A stretch of 64,000 bases of DNA. Source: Escherichia coli. GTDB taxonomy: Bacteria; Pseudomonadota; Gammaproteobacteria; Enterobacterales; Enterobacteriaceae. Made by a program: the position numbers and the translations under genes. A model generated the notes under the pieces. That model was not told where the DNA came from, searched no databases, and saw only the letters and a program-made list of their open reading frames with translations. The stretch is from assembly GCF_003018255.1 (NCBI RefSeq), contig NZ_CP027440.1. One strand, written 5' to 3'. Shown piece after piece: positions 11,669 through 23,995 of the stretch (positions are counted from its first letter, which is position 1; each line of letters opens with the position of its first letter).

Positions 11669-13342
11669 ATGACTGAATCTTTTGCTCAACTCTTTGAAGA
11701 GTCCTTAAAAGAAATCGAAACCCGCCCGGGTTCTATCGTTCGTGGCGTTGTTGTTGCTATCGACAAAGACGTAGTACTGGTTGACGCTGGTCTGAAATCT
11801 GAGTCCGCCATCCCGGCTGAGCAGTTCAAAAACGCCCAGGGCGAGCTGGAAATCCAGGTAGGTGACGAAGTTGACGTTGCTCTGGACGCAGTAGAAGACG
11901 GCTTCGGTGAAACTCTGCTGTCCCGTGAGAAAGCTAAACGTCACGAAGCCTGGATCACGCTGGAAAAAGCTTACGAAGATGCTGAAACTGTTACCGGTGT
12001 TATCAACGGCAAAGTTAAGGGCGGCTTCACTGTTGAGCTGAACGGTATTCGTGCGTTCCTGCCAGGTTCTCTGGTAGACGTTCGTCCGGTGCGTGACACT
12101 CTGCACCTGGAAGGCAAAGAGCTTGAATTCAAAGTAATCAAGCTGGATCAGAAGCGCAACAACGTTGTTGTTTCTCGTCGTGCCGTTATCGAATCCGAAA
12201 ACAGCGCAGAGCGCGATCAGCTGCTGGAAAACCTGCAGGAAGGCATGGAAGTTAAAGGTATCGTTAAGAACCTCACTGACTACGGTGCATTCGTTGATCT
12301 GGGCGGCGTTGACGGCCTGCTGCACATCACTGACATGGCCTGGAAACGCGTTAAGCATCCGAGCGAAATCGTCAACGTGGGCGACGAAATCACTGTTAAA
12401 GTGCTGAAGTTCGACCGCGAACGTACCCGTGTATCCCTGGGCCTGAAACAGCTGGGCGAAGATCCGTGGGTAGCTATCGCTAAACGTTATCCGGAAGGTA
12501 CCAAACTGACTGGTCGCGTGACCAACCTGACCGACTACGGCTGCTTCGTTGAAATCGAAGAAGGCGTTGAAGGCCTGGTACACGTTTCCGAAATGGATTG
12601 GACCAACAAAAACATCCACCCGTCCAAAGTTGTTAACGTTGGCGATGTAGTGGAAGTTATGGTTCTGGATATCGACGAAGAACGTCGTCGTATCTCCCTG
12701 GGTCTGAAACAGTGCAAAGCTAACCCGTGGCAGCAGTTCGCGGAAACCCACAACAAGGGCGACCGTGTTGAAGGTAAAATCAAGTCTATCACTGACTTCG
12801 GTATCTTCATCGGCCTGGACGGCGGCATCGACGGCCTGGTTCACCTGTCTGACATCTCCTGGAACGTTGCAGGCGAAGAAGCAGTTCGTGAATACAAAAA
12901 AGGCGACGAAATCGCTGCAGTTGTTCTGCAGGTTGACGCAGAACGTGAACGTATCTCCCTGGGCGTTAAACAGCTCGCAGAAGATCCGTTCAACAACTGG
13001 GTTGCTCTGAACAAGAAAGGCGCTATCGTAACCGGTAAAGTAACTGCAGTTGACGCTAAAGGCGCAACCGTAGAACTGGCTGACGGCGTTGAAGGTTACC
13101 TGCGTGCTTCTGAAGCATCCCGTGACCGCGTTGAAGACGCTACCCTGGTTCTGAGCGTTGGCGACGAAGTTGAAGCTAAATTCACCGGCGTTGATCGTAA
13201 AAACCGCGCAATCAGCCTGTCTGTTCGTGCGAAAGACGAAGCTGACGAGAAAGATGCAATCGCAACTGTTAACAAACAGGAAGATGCAAACTTCTCCAAC
13301 AACGCAATGGCTGAAGCTTTCAAAGCAGCTAAAGGCGAGTAA
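11669..13342 (+). CDS. rpsA: 30S ribosomal protein S1
   Basis: 557-aa ORF with repeated S1 domains; matches RpsA; no strong Shine-Dalgarno upstream, as known for rpsA. Confidence 0.97.
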
Positions 13343-13352
13343 TTCTCTGACT

Positions 13353-13380
13353 CTTCGGGATTTTTATTCCGAAGTTTGTT
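13353..13380 (+). terminator. putative partial terminator after rpsA
   Basis: Hairpin cttcgg...ccgaag (13353-13374) followed by TTTGTT; weak U-tract, consistent with read-through into ihfB. Confidence 0.4.
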
Positions 13381-13388
13381 GAGTTTAC

Positions 13389-13417
13389 TTGACAGATTGC
13401 AGGTTTCGTCCTGTAAT
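13389..13417 (+). promoter_or_regulatory. candidate sigma70 promoter for ihfB
   Basis: TTGACA (13389-13394), 17-bp spacer, TGTAAT (13412-13417); read from sequence only. Confidence 0.4.
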
Positions 13418-13425
13418 CAAGCACT

Positions 13426-13447
13426 AAGGGCGGCTACGGCCGCCCTT
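13426..13447 (+). other. perfect 9-bp GC-rich stem-loop in the ihfB leader
   Basis: aagggcggc-tacg-gccgccctt; no U-tract follows, so not a classic terminator. Confidence 0.5.
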
Positions 13448-13501
13448 AATCAATGCAGCAACAGCAGCCGCTAAATTTGCCTTTAAGGAACCGGAGGAAT
13501 C

Positions 13502-13786
13502 ATGACCAAGTCAGAATTGATAGAAAGACTTGCCACCCAGCAATCGCACATTCCCGCCAAGACGGTTGAAGATGCAGTAAAAGAGATGCTGGAGCATATG
13601 GCCTCGACTCTTGCGCAGGGCGAGCGTATTGAAATCCGCGGTTTCGGCAGTTTCTCTTTGCACTACCGCGCACCACGTACCGGACGTAATCCGAAGACTG
13701 GCGATAAAGTAGAACTGGAAGGAAAATACGTTCCTCACTTTAAACCAGGTAAAGAACTGCGCGATCGCGCCAATATTTACGGTTAA
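13502..13786 (+). CDS. ihfB: integration host factor beta subunit
   Basis: 94-aa ORF; matches IhfB (HimD). Confidence 0.97.
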
Positions 13787-13815
13787 GTTTTTACTCAAAC
13801 TTGAACGCGAGAAAA

Positions 13816-13836
13816 GCACCTGTCGGGTGCTTTTTT
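13816..13836 (+). terminator. Rho-independent terminator of ihfB
   Basis: Hairpin gcacc-tgtcg-ggtgc followed by TTTTTT. Confidence 0.7.
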
Positions 13837-13992
13837 CATTTCTCTAATCTGGAACTGGAAGCAGCCTCGCAGAGTTTTGAACAGTTTTCACCCTCTCGTT
13901 AAATTCTTCTGAACGTGCCTCGGGGAACGCAAAACTCCCACCAGACAACCGCTCAACAAAGTTGCACACTTTCCATAAACAGGGAGGGGTGC

Positions 13993-16257
13993 ATGAAAAT
14001 AACGACAGTCGGCGTATGCATAATTTGCGGAATTTTTCCGTTGCTGATTTTGCCCCAATTGCCTGGGACATTAACCCTTGCGTCTCTGACCGTCTTCGCC
14101 TGCGTACTGGTATTTATCCCTTTTAAAACTGTCCGTTATATCGCGCTGACGTTGCTGTTTTTCGTTTGGGGCATATTAGCAGCAAAGCAAATTTTGTGGG
14201 CAGGAGAAACCTTAACTGGCGCGACGCAGGATGCAATTGTTGAGATCACTGCTACTGACGGTATGACCACTCATTACGGTCAAATTACTCATCTACAAGG
14301 TCGACGTATATTCCCTGCGCCAGGCCTCGTGCTGTATGGCGAATATCTTCCGCAAGCGGTTTGTGCTGGACAACTGTGGTCAATGAAACTCAAAGTTCGT
14401 GCAGTTCATGGTCAACTTAATGATGGCGGCTTTGATAGCCAGCGTTATGCCATTGCCCAGCATCAGCCGCTCACCGGCCGCTTTCTGCAGGCAAGTGTCA
14501 TTGAACCGAATTGTAGCCTGCGTGCACAGTATCTGGCGTCACTACAAACAACGCTGCAACCCTATATGTGGAACGCGGTTATTCTTGGTTTAGGTATGGG
14601 GGAACGGTTATCCGTTCCCAAAGAAATCAAAAATATCATGCGCGATACTGGAACGGCGCATTTAATGGCGATATCGGGATTGCATATCGCTTTTGCGGCG
14701 TTGCTGGCTGCCGGACTCATTCGCGGTGGGCAAGTTTTTCTGCCTGGGCGCTGGATCCACTGGCAAATGCCATTAATTGGCGGAATCTGCTGTGCTGCTT
14801 TTTATGCCTGGCTGACTGGGATGCAACCTCCTGCATTGCGTACCGTGGTGGCGCTTGCCATGTGGGGAATGCTTAAGTTAAGTGGGCGACAATGGAGTGG
14901 CTGGGATGTATGGATATGTTGTCTGGCGGCAATTTTGCTGATGGATCCTGTTGCCATTCTCTCGCAAAGTTTATGGCTCTCTGCCGCTGCGGTCGCGGCA
15001 CTGATTTTTTGGTACCAGTGGTTTCCCTGTCCGGAGTGGCAACTGCCGCCGGTATTGCGTGCAGTTGTTTCCCTCATTCATTTACAACTGGGAATCACAC
15101 TCCTGCTTATGCCCGTGCAAATCGTCATATTTCATGGCATTAGTCTGACCTCGTTTATTGCAAATCTATTTGCAATTCCCCTGGTGACATTTATCACGGT
15201 TCCGTTGATCCTCGCCGCGATGGTTGCGCATTTAAGCGGGCCGTTTATTCTGGAACAAGGGTTATGGTTTCTTGCCGACCGGTCTTTGGCTTTACTTTTC
15301 TGGGGGTTAAAGAGTTTGCCGGAAGGGTGGATCAACATTGCTGAACGTTGGCAATGGCTAACATTTTCCCCATGGTTCTTACTGGTGGTATGGCGATTAA
15401 ACGCCTGGCGAACGTTGCCAGCAATGTGTGTGGCTGTAGGCTTGCTGATGTGCTTGCCGCTGTGGCAAAAACCTCGACCTGACGAGTGGCAAGTGTACAT
15501 GCTTGATGTCGGGCAAGGGCTGGCAATGGTCATTGCGCGAAACGGCAAAGCGATTCTCTATGACACGGGACTGGCCTGGCCCGAAGGGGATAGTGGGCAA
15601 CAACTGATTATCCCCTGGCTCCACTGGCATAATCTTGAACCGGAAGGCGTTATTTTGAGTCATGAACATCTGGATCACCGGGGAGGGCTGGACTCAATAT
15701 TGCACACATGGCCGATGTTATGGATCCGAAGTCAGTTAAACTGGGAACATCATCAGCCCTGTGTGCGTGGCGAAGCGTGGCAATGGCAAGGATTGCGTTT
15801 CAGCGCGCACTGGCCTTTACAAGGTAGCAACGATAAAGGAAATAACCATTCCTGTGTGGTTAAGATTGATGACGGGACGAATAGCATTCTTCTAACCGGT
15901 GATATTGAAGCCCCCGCTGAACAAAAGATGCTAAGCCGTTACTGGCAGCAAATGCAGGCAACATTACTTCAGGTACCTCACCATGGCAGTAATACCTCAT
16001 CATCGTTGCCATTAATTCAGCGAGTGAATGGAAAAGTGGCACTCGCATCGGCATCGCGCTATAACGCATGGCGACTGCCCTCAAGCAAAGTTAAACATCG
16101 CTATCAACAACAGGGTTATAAGTGGCTTGATACTCCACATCAGGGTCAAATAACGGTCAATTTTTCAGCGCAAGGCTGGCGGATTAGCAGCCTCAGAGAG
16201 CAAATTTTACCTCGTTGGTATCATCAGTGGTTTGGCGTGCCAGTGGATAACGGGTAG
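13993..16257 (+). CDS. ycaI: ComEC/Rec2-family inner-membrane protein with metallo-beta-lactamase-like domain
   Basis: ORF 13915..16257; start moved to ATG 13993 (MKITTVGV...) preceded by GGGAGGGG; 754 aa; multi-pass membrane N-half and HxHxDH-type C-terminal domain. Confidence 0.9.
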   Translation: MKITTVGVCIICGIFPLLILPQLPGTLTLASLTVFACVLVFIPFKTVRYIALTLLFFVWGILAAKQILWAGETLTGATQDAIVEITATDGMTTHYGQITHLQGRRIFPAPGLVLYGEYLPQAVCAGQLWSMKLKVRAVHGQLNDGGFDSQRYAIAQHQPLTGRFLQASVIEPNCSLRAQYLASLQTTLQPYMWNAVILGLGMGERLSVPKEIKNIMRDTGTAHLMAISGLHIAFAALLAAGLIRGGQVFLPGRWIHWQMPLIGGICCAAFYAWLTGMQPPALRTVVALAMWGMLKLSGRQWSGWDVWICCLAAILLMDPVAILSQSLWLSAAAVAALIFWYQWFPCPEWQLPPVLRAVVSLIHLQLGITLLLMPVQIVIFHGISLTSFIANLFAIPLVTFITVPLILAAMVAHLSGPFILEQGLWFLADRSLALLFWGLKSLPEGWINIAERWQWLTFSPWFLLVVWRLNAWRTLPAMCVAVGLLMCLPLWQKPRPDEWQVYMLDVGQGLAMVIARNGKAILYDTGLAWPEGDSGQQLIIPWLHWHNLEPEGVILSHEHLDHRGGLDSILHTWPMLWIRSQLNWEHHQPCVRGEAWQWQGLRFSAHWPLQGSNDKGNNHSCVVKIDDGTNSILLTGDIEAPAEQKMLSRYWQQMQATLLQVPHHGSNTSSSLPLIQRVNGKVALASASRYNAWRLPSSKVKHRYQQQGYKWLDTPHQGQITVNFSAQGWRISSLREQILPRWYHQWFGVPVDNG

Positions 16258-16293
16258 AATATGCGGCTATTTCAACAAATGCTGGTTTTTTGA

Positions 16294-18042
16294 ATGCATA
16301 ACGACAAAGATCTCTCTACGTGGCAGACATTCCGCCGACTGTGGCCAACCATTGCGCCTTTTAAAGCGGGTCTGATCGTGGCGGGCGTAGCGTTAATCCT
16401 CAACGCAGCCAGCGATACCTTCATGTTATCGCTCCTTAAGCCACTTCTTGATGATGGCTTTGGTAAAACAGATCGCTCCGTGCTGATGTGGATGCCGCTG
16501 GTGGTGATCGGGCTGATGATTTTACGTGGTATCACCAGCTATATCTCCAGCTACTGTATCTCCTGGGTATCAGGAAAGGTGGTAATGACTATGCGTCGCC
16601 GCCTGTTTGGTCACATGATGGGAATGCCGGTTTCATTCTTTGACAAACAGTCAACGGGTACGCTGTTGTCACGTATCACCTACGATTCCGAACAGGTCGC
16701 TTCTTCTTCTTCCGGCGCACTGATTACTGTTGTACGTGAAGGTGCGTCGATCATCGGCCTGTTCATCATGATGTTCTATTACAGTTGGCAACTGTCGATC
16801 ATTTTGATTGTGCTGGCACCGATTGTTTCGATTGCGATTCGCGTTGTATCGAAGCGTTTTCGCAACATCAGTAAAAACATGCAGAACACCATGGGGCAGG
16901 TGACCACCAGCGCCGAACAAATGCTGAAAGGCCATAAAGAAGTATTGATTTTCGGTGGTCAGGAAGTGGAAACGAAACGCTTCGATAAAGTCAGCAACCG
17001 AATGCGTCTTCAGGGGATGAAAATGGTTTCAGCCTCTTCCATCTCTGATCCGATCATTCAGCTGATCGCCTCTTTGGCGCTGGCGTTTGTTCTGTATGCG
17101 GCAAGCTTCCCAAGTGTCATGGATAGCCTGACTGCCGGTACGATTACCGTTGTTTTCTCTTCAATGATTGCACTTATGCGTCCGCTGAAATCGCTGACCA
17201 ACGTTAACGCCCAGTTCCAGCGCGGTATGGCGGCTTGTCAGACGCTGTTTACCATTCTGGACAGTGAGCAGGAGAAAGACGAAGGTAAGCGCGTGATCGA
17301 GCGTGCGACTGGCGACGTGGAATTCCGCAATGTCACCTTTACTTATCCGGGACGTGATGTGCCCGCATTGCGTAACATCAACCTGAAAATTCCGGCAGGG
17401 AAGACGGTTGCTCTGGTTGGACGCTCTGGTTCAGGTAAATCAACCATCGCCAGCCTGATCACGCGTTTTTACGATATTGATGAAGGCGAAATCCTGATGG
17501 ATGGTCACGATCTGCGCGAGTATACCCTGGCGTCGTTACGTAACCAGGTTGCTCTGGTGTCGCAGAATGTCCATCTGTTTAACGATACGGTTGCTAACAA
17601 CATTGCTTACGCACGGACTGAACAGTACAGCCGTGAGCAAATTGAAGAAGCGGCGCGTATGGCCTACGCCATGGACTTCATCAATAAGATGGATAACGGT
17701 CTCGATACAGTGATTGGTGAAAACGGCGTGCTGCTCTCTGGCGGTCAGCGTCAGCGTATTGCTATCGCTCGAGCCTTGTTGCGTGATAGCCCGATACTGA
17801 TTCTGGACGAAGCTACCTCGGCGTTGGATACCGAATCCGAACGTGCGATTCAGGCGGCACTGGATGAGTTGCAGAAAAACCGTACCTCTCTGGTGATTGC
17901 CCACCGCTTGTCTACCATTGAAAAGGCAGACGAAATCGTGGTTGTCGAGGATGGTGTCATTGTGGAACGCGGTACGCATAACGATTTGCTTGAGCACCGT
18001 GGCGTTTACGCGCAACTTCACAAAATGCAGTTTGGCCAATGA
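16294..18042 (+). CDS. msbA: lipid A / LPS flippase ABC transporter (fused permease-ATPase)
   Basis: 582-aa ORF; Walker [10 protein letters not shown], signature LSGGQRQR; matches MsbA. Confidence 0.97.
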   Translation: MHNDKDLSTWQTFRRLWPTIAPFKAGLIVAGVALILNAASDTFMLSLLKPLLDDGFGKTDRSVLMWMPLVVIGLMILRGITSYISSYCISWVSGKVVMTMRRRLFGHMMGMPVSFFDKQSTGTLLSRITYDSEQVASSSSGALITVVREGASIIGLFIMMFYYSWQLSIILIVLAPIVSIAIRVVSKRFRNISKNMQNTMGQVTTSAEQMLKGHKEVLIFGGQEVETKRFDKVSNRMRLQGMKMVSASSISDPIIQLIASLALAFVLYAASFPSVMDSLTAGTITVVFSSMIALMRPLKSLTNVNAQFQRGMAACQTLFTILDSEQEKDEGKRVIERATGDVEFRNVTFTYPGRDVPALRNINLKIPAGKTVALVGRSGSGKSTIASLITRFYDIDEGEILMDGHDLREYTLASLRNQVALVSQNVHLFNDTVANNIAYARTEQYSREQIEEAARMAYAMDFINKMDNGLDTVIGENGVLLSGGQRQRIAIARALLRDSPILILDEATSALDTESERAIQAALDELQKNRTSLVIAHRLSTIEKADEIVVVEDGVIVERGTHNDLLEHRGVYAQLHKMQFGQ

Positions 18043-19025
18043 TCGAAAAAATCTGGTCTGGTGAATCCCCTTTATGGCGGCTATTGCTGCCACTCTCCTG
18101 GTTGTATGGCCTGGTGAGTGGCGCGATCCGTCTTTGCTATAAACTAAAACTGAAGCGCGCCTGGCGTGCCCCCGTACCGGTTGTCGTGGTTGGTAATCTC
18201 ACCGCAGGCGGCAACGGAAAAACCCCGGTCGTTGTCTGGCTGGTGGAACAGCTGCAACAGCGCGGTATTCGCGTGGGGGTTGTATCGCGGGGATATGGTG
18301 GTAAGGCTGAATCTTATCCGCTGTTATTGTCGGCAGATACCACCACAGCACAGGCGGGTGATGAACCTGTGTTGATTTATCAACGCACTGGCGCGCCTGT
18401 TGCGGTTTCTCCCGTGCGTTCTGACGCGGTAAAAGCCATTCTGGCGCAACACCCTGATGTGCAGATCATCGTAACCGACGATGGTTTACAGCATTATCGT
18501 CTGGCGCGTGATGTGGAAATTGTCGTTATTGATGGTGTGCGTCGCTTTGGCAATGGCTGGTGGTTGCCGGCGGGGCCAATGCGTGAGCGAGCGGGGCGCT
18601 TAAAGTCGGTTGATGCGGTAATCGTCAACGGCGGTGTCCCCCGCAGCGGTGAAATCCCCATGCATCTGCTGCCGGGTCAGGCGGTGAATTTACGTACCGG
18701 TACGCGTTGTGACGTTGCTCAGCTTGAACATGTAGTGGCGATGGCGGGGATTGGACATCCGCCGCGCTTTTTTGCCACGCTGAAGATGTGCGGCGTACAA
18801 CCGGAAAAATGTGTACCGCTGGCCGATCATCAGTCTTTGAACCATGCGGATGTCAGCGCGTTGGTAAACGCCGGGCAAACGCTGGTAATGACTGAAAAAG
18901 ATGCGGTGAAATGCCGGGCCTTTGCCGAAGGAAATTGGTGGTATTTGCCTGTTGACGCACAGCTTTCAGGTGATGAACCAGCGAAACTACTTGCGCAACT
19001 AACCTCGCTGGCTTCTGGCAACTAG
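18039..19025 (+). CDS. lpxK: tetraacyldisaccharide 4'-kinase
   Basis: 328-aa ORF overlapping the msbA stop by 4 nt (ATGA); matches LpxK. Confidence 0.96.
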   Translation: MIEKIWSGESPLWRLLLPLSWLYGLVSGAIRLCYKLKLKRAWRAPVPVVVVGNLTAGGNGKTPVVVWLVEQLQQRGIRVGVVSRGYGGKAESYPLLLSADTTTAQAGDEPVLIYQRTGAPVAVSPVRSDAVKAILAQHPDVQIIVTDDGLQHYRLARDVEIVVIDGVRRFGNGWWLPAGPMRERAGRLKSVDAVIVNGGVPRSGEIPMHLLPGQAVNLRTGTRCDVAQLEHVVAMAGIGHPPRFFATLKMCGVQPEKCVPLADHQSLNHADVSALVNAGQTLVMTEKDAVKCRAFAEGNWWYLPVDAQLSGDEPAKLLAQLTSLASGN

Positions 19026-19061
19026 TTACGCCGCGGCAGCGTTCGATTGATGGAGTCATGA

Positions 19062-20294
19062 ATGTCGCTGCCGCACCTCTCTCTTGCTGATGCGCGTAAT
19101 CTTCACCTCGCCGCGCAAGGCCTGTTAAACAAACCCCGCCGTCGAGCGTCGTTGGGGGATATTCCGGCAACGATCTCCCGCATGTCCTTGCTGCAAATCG
19201 ATACCATCAATATTGTTGCCCGTAGTCCATATCTGGTGCTTTTCAGTCGTCTGGGAAATTATCCTGCCCAGTGGCTGGATGAGTCTCTGGCGCGTGGCGA
19301 ATTAATGGAATACTGGGCGCATGAAGCCTGCTTTATGCCGCGTAGCGATTTTCGTCTTATTCGCCACCGCATGCTGGCACCTGAAAAAATGGGCTGGAAA
19401 TATAAAGACGCCTGGATGCAGGAACATGCGGCGGAAATTGCACAGTTAATTCAGCATATTCATGATAAGGGGCCAGTACGTTCAGCCGATTTTGAGCATC
19501 CTCGTAAAGGGGCGAGCGGCTGGTGGGAGTGGAAGCCGCATAAACGACATCTGGAAGGTTTATTTACTGCCGGAAAGGTGATGGTGATTGAACGGCGCAA
19601 CTTCCAGCGCGTTTATGATTTAACTCACCGTGTCATGCCTGAGTGGAATGATGAGCGCGATCTCGTTTCGCAAGCAGAAGCAGAAATCATCATGCTGGAT
19701 AACAGTGCGCGTAGCCTGGGTATATTTCGCGAACAGTGGCTGGCAGATTACTACCGGCTAAAACGTCCGGCACTGGCGGCGTGGCGTGAAGCGAGGGCTG
19801 AACAGCAGCAAATCATTGCTGTGCATGTTGAAAAATTGGGCAATCTTTGGCTGCATGCTGATTTGCTGCCGCTACTCGAGCGTGCGCTGGCCGGAAAGCT
19901 CACTGCAACGCACAGCGCGGTACTTTCGCCTTTTGATCCTGTTGTCTGGGATCGCAAACGCGCAGAGCAGCTTTTTGATTTTAGCTACCGGCTGGAGTGC
20001 TATACCCCAGTGCCGAAACGCCAGTATGGCTATTTTGTTCTGCCGTTATTACATCGTGGGCAATTAGTTGGGCGAATGGATGCCAAAATGCATCGCCAGA
20101 CAGGCATCCTTGAAGTTATCTCTCTGTGGTTACAAGAAGGCATTAAACCAACGACAACGCTGCAAAAAGGGTTACGTCAGGCGATTACTGATTTCGCTAA
20201 CTGGCAGCAGGCAACGCGGGTGACATTAGGACGCTGCCCGCAAGGCCTCTTTACTGATTGCCGCGCCGGCTGGGAAATAGACCCCGTCGCATAA
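19062..20294 (+). CDS. ycaQ: winged-helix DNA glycosylase YcaQ (interstrand-crosslink unhooking, AlkZ-like)
   Basis: 410-aa ORF; matches YcaQ. Confidence 0.9.
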   Translation: MSLPHLSLADARNLHLAAQGLLNKPRRRASLGDIPATISRMSLLQIDTINIVARSPYLVLFSRLGNYPAQWLDESLARGELMEYWAHEACFMPRSDFRLIRHRMLAPEKMGWKYKDAWMQEHAAEIAQLIQHIHDKGPVRSADFEHPRKGASGWWEWKPHKRHLEGLFTAGKVMVIERRNFQRVYDLTHRVMPEWNDERDLVSQAEAEIIMLDNSARSLGIFREQWLADYYRLKRPALAAWREARAEQQQIIAVHVEKLGNLWLHADLLPLLERALAGKLTATHSAVLSPFDPVVWDRKRAEQLFDFSYRLECYTPVPKRQYGYFVLPLLHRGQLVGRMDAKMHRQTGILEVISLWLQEGIKPTTTLQKGLRQAITDFANWQQATRVTLGRCPQGLFTDCRAGWEIDPVA

Positions 20295-20345
20295 ATGATT
20301 ATGATAAGATTTATGCATTCATAACCCGATCCATCTGGAGGAACT

Positions 20346-21271
<926 letters not shown>

Positions 21272-21424
21272 TTTCACTTCACGACACTCCAGCCAATTTT
21301 GGGAGGAGTGTCGTACCGTTACGATTTTCCTCAATTTTTCTTTTCAACAATTGATCTCATTCAGGTGACATCTTTTATATTGGCGCTCATTATGAAAGCA
21401 GTAGCTTTTATGAGGGTAATCTGA

Positions 21425-22318
21425 ATGGAACAGCTGCGTGCCGAATTAAGCCATTTACTGGGCGAAAAACTCAGTCGTATTGAGTGCGTCAATGAAAAAG
21501 CGGATACGGCGTTGTGGGCTTTGTATGACAGCCAGGGAAACCCAATGCCGTTAATGGCAAGAAGCTTTAGTACGCCCGGAAAAGCCCGACAACTGGCATG
21601 GAAAACCACCATGCTGGCAAGAAGTGGGACTGTCCGTATGCCGACTATTTATGGTGTGATGACGCATGAAGAACACCCCGGCCCCGATGTCCTGCTACTG
21701 GAGCGGATGCGTGGTGTTTCGGTGGAGGCACCAGCCCGAACACCAGAACGCTGGGAACAACTCAAAGATCAAATCGTTGAAGCCTTACTGGCCTGGCACC
21801 GTCAGGACAGTCGCGGTTGCGTCGGCGCGGTCGACAATACTCAGGAAAATTTCTGGCCCTCATGGTACCGGCAACATGTTGAAGTGCTATGGACCACGCT
21901 CAATCAGTTCAATAACACCGGTCTAACGATGCAGGATAAGCGGATCCTGTTTCGTACTCGCGAATGTCTCCCGGCATTATTTGAAGGCTTTAACGACAAT
22001 TGTGTGCTGATTCACGGTAACTTCTGTTTACGCAGCATGCTGAAAGATTCGCGCAGCGATCAGTTACTGGCGATGGTCGGGCCGGGACTAATGCTTTGGG
22101 CACCGCGGGAATACGAACTGTTCCGACTAATGGATACTTCTCTGGCGGAAGATTTGCTCTGGAGTTACCTGCAACGCGCGCCAGTGGCGGAGTCGTTCAT
22201 CTGGCGGCGTTGGTTGTATGTGTTATGGGATGAAGTTGCGCAACTGGTTAATACCGGACGATTTAGTCGGCGCAACTTCGATCTGGCATCAAAATCACTC
22301 TTGCCGTGGCTCGCCTGA
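21425..22318 (+). CDS. ycbJ: uncharacterized kinase-like protein YcbJ
   Basis: 297-aa ORF; matches YcbJ; 3' end overlaps elyC on the opposite strand. Confidence 0.88.
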   Translation: MEQLRAELSHLLGEKLSRIECVNEKADTALWALYDSQGNPMPLMARSFSTPGKARQLAWKTTMLARSGTVRMPTIYGVMTHEEHPGPDVLLLERMRGVSVEAPARTPERWEQLKDQIVEALLAWHRQDSRGCVGAVDNTQENFWPSWYRQHVEVLWTTLNQFNNTGLTMQDKRILFRTRECLPALFEGFNDNCVLIHGNFCLRSMLKDSRSDQLLAMVGPGLMLWAPREYELFRLMDTSLAEDLLWSYLQRAPVAESFIWRRWLYVLWDEVAQLVNTGRFSRRNFDLASKSLLPWLA

Positions 22319-23074
22319 CGAACTTTTTAGCCACTGCCAGATACGGCCAAGCGTTTCATAGCCAACACGATCGCTATGCATCAACCAGACCGGAGAAGGG
22401 ATTGCCCGTTCCCACGGGTTAAGCGGCGAGTCGATGGCCAACTGATTCGCCGGGGCTGGCAGCGGATTTAACCCTTCCTGCTGAAAAAAGATCATCGCCC
22501 GCGGCAAATGAGACGCGGATGTCACCAGCAGGAAAGGGGCGTCACCAATCGCCTGTTTCACTGCCGCAGCTTCTTCTTCGGTATCTTTTGGCAAATCCAG
22601 AGTGATAATTTGCTCGCGCGGCACGCCCAGCGATTGCGCAACTCGGGCACCTACTTCGGCTGTACTCACCGTATTGGTTTTTGCTACGCCTCCCGTGAAG
22701 ATCAGTTTTGATCCCGGATTTTCGCGCCATAAGCGAATACCTTCATTCAGGCGGGGCAGACTGTTATTGATTAAATTCGAGCTTGGTGCCCACTGCGGGT
22801 TCCAGGTATAACCACCTCCGAGCACCACGATATAGTCCACTTTTTGCGAATTATTCCATGTCGGATAGGTGCTTTCGATGGGACGCAGCAGGCGGTCGGC
22901 TACCGGTTGCAAACTCAATAACAAGAGCGCCAGCCACCCAATGCTAATAAAAATCTTCCCGGTTTTTTGAAAACGGCTAAACCACAGCAGCGCCAGGCCA
23001 GCGCCAATAATCAACAACATTAGCGGAAGTGGCAGCAACATATTGCCAATCACTTTTTTCAGTGTAAAAAGCAT
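22295..23074 (-). CDS. elyC: envelope biogenesis factor ElyC (DUF218)
   Basis: 259-aa ORF with N-terminal transmembrane helices; matches ElyC (YcbC). Confidence 0.9.
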   Translation of the reverse strand: MLFTLKKVIGNMLLPLPLMLLIIGAGLALLWFSRFQKTGKIFISIGWLALLLLSLQPVADRLLRPIESTYPTWNNSQKVDYIVVLGGGYTWNPQWAPSSNLINNSLPRLNEGIRLWRENPGSKLIFTGGVAKTNTVSTAEVGARVAQSLGVPREQIITLDLPKDTEEEAAAVKQAIGDAPFLLVTSASHLPRAMIFFQQEGLNPLPAPANQLAIDSPLNPWERAIPSPVWLMHSDRVGYETLGRIWQWLKSSSGEPRQE

Positions 23075-23209
23075 CCTTTCTGGTTCCTTTTTTAACCATA
23101 TAGCAAGGGATCGCCAGCGATATTACACCAGACGGGTTCATTCTCGCCGTGGCTGTGACAAAATAGCGTCTTTATCAGAAAACGTCTTAGCCAACCGGTG
23201 GAGAAAGCA

Positions 23210-23995
23210 ATGCAGGATCGCAATTTTGATGATATTGCGGAAAAGTTTTCCCGTAACATTTACGGCACCACCAAAGGGCAGCTTCGACAGGCTATTCTGT
23301 GGCAGGATCTCGATCGCGTGCTGGCGGAAATGGGCCCGCAAAAACTGCGTGTGCTGGATGCTGGCGGTGGAGAAGGGCAGACCGCAATCAAAATGGCTGA
23401 GCGCGGGCATCAGGTCATTTTATGCGATCTTTCTGCGCAGATGATCGACCGCGCAAAACAGGCGGCAGAAGCAAAAGGTGTGAGCGACAACATGCAATTT
23501 ATACATTGCGCCGCTCAGGATGTTGCTTCACATTTGGAAACGCCCGTTGATCTGATATTGTTCCATGCGGTGCTCGAGTGGGTGGCCGATCCCCGCAGCG
23601 TATTACAGACCCTGTGGTCAGTGTTGCGTCCAGGCGGTGTGTTGTCGTTAATGTTCTACAATGCGCACGGCTTGCTGATGCATAACATGGTCGCCGGGAA
23701 TTTTGATTACGTGCAGGCGGGAATGCCGAAAAAGAAAAAACGGACGCTTTCGCCAGATTATCCACGCGACCCGGCGCAGGTTTATCTGTGGCTGGAAGAA
23801 GCTGGTTGGCAAATTATGGGTAAGACAGGCGTTCGCGTGTTTCATGATTATCTGCGCGAGAAGCACCAGCAGCGCGACTGCTATGAAGCATTACTTGAAT
23901 TAGAAACGCGTTATTGCCGTCAGGAACCGTATATTACCCTGGGGCGTTATATTCATGTCACCGCGCGCAAACCGCAGAGCAAGGATAAAGTATGA
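23210..23995 (+). CDS. cmoM: tRNA 5-carboxymethoxyuridine methyltransferase (SAM-dependent)
   Basis: ORF 23198..23995 begins at GTG; known N-terminus MQDRNFDD at ATG 23210; 261 aa; SAM-binding LDAGGGEG; first gene of the smtA-mukFEB operon. Confidence 0.92.

Noticed and set aside
21282-21313. Hairpin cgacactcc...ggagtgtcg just after kdsB as a possible terminator
   Set aside because: A 9-bp stem is present but with a 14-nt loop and no U-tract; too weak to call by eye.
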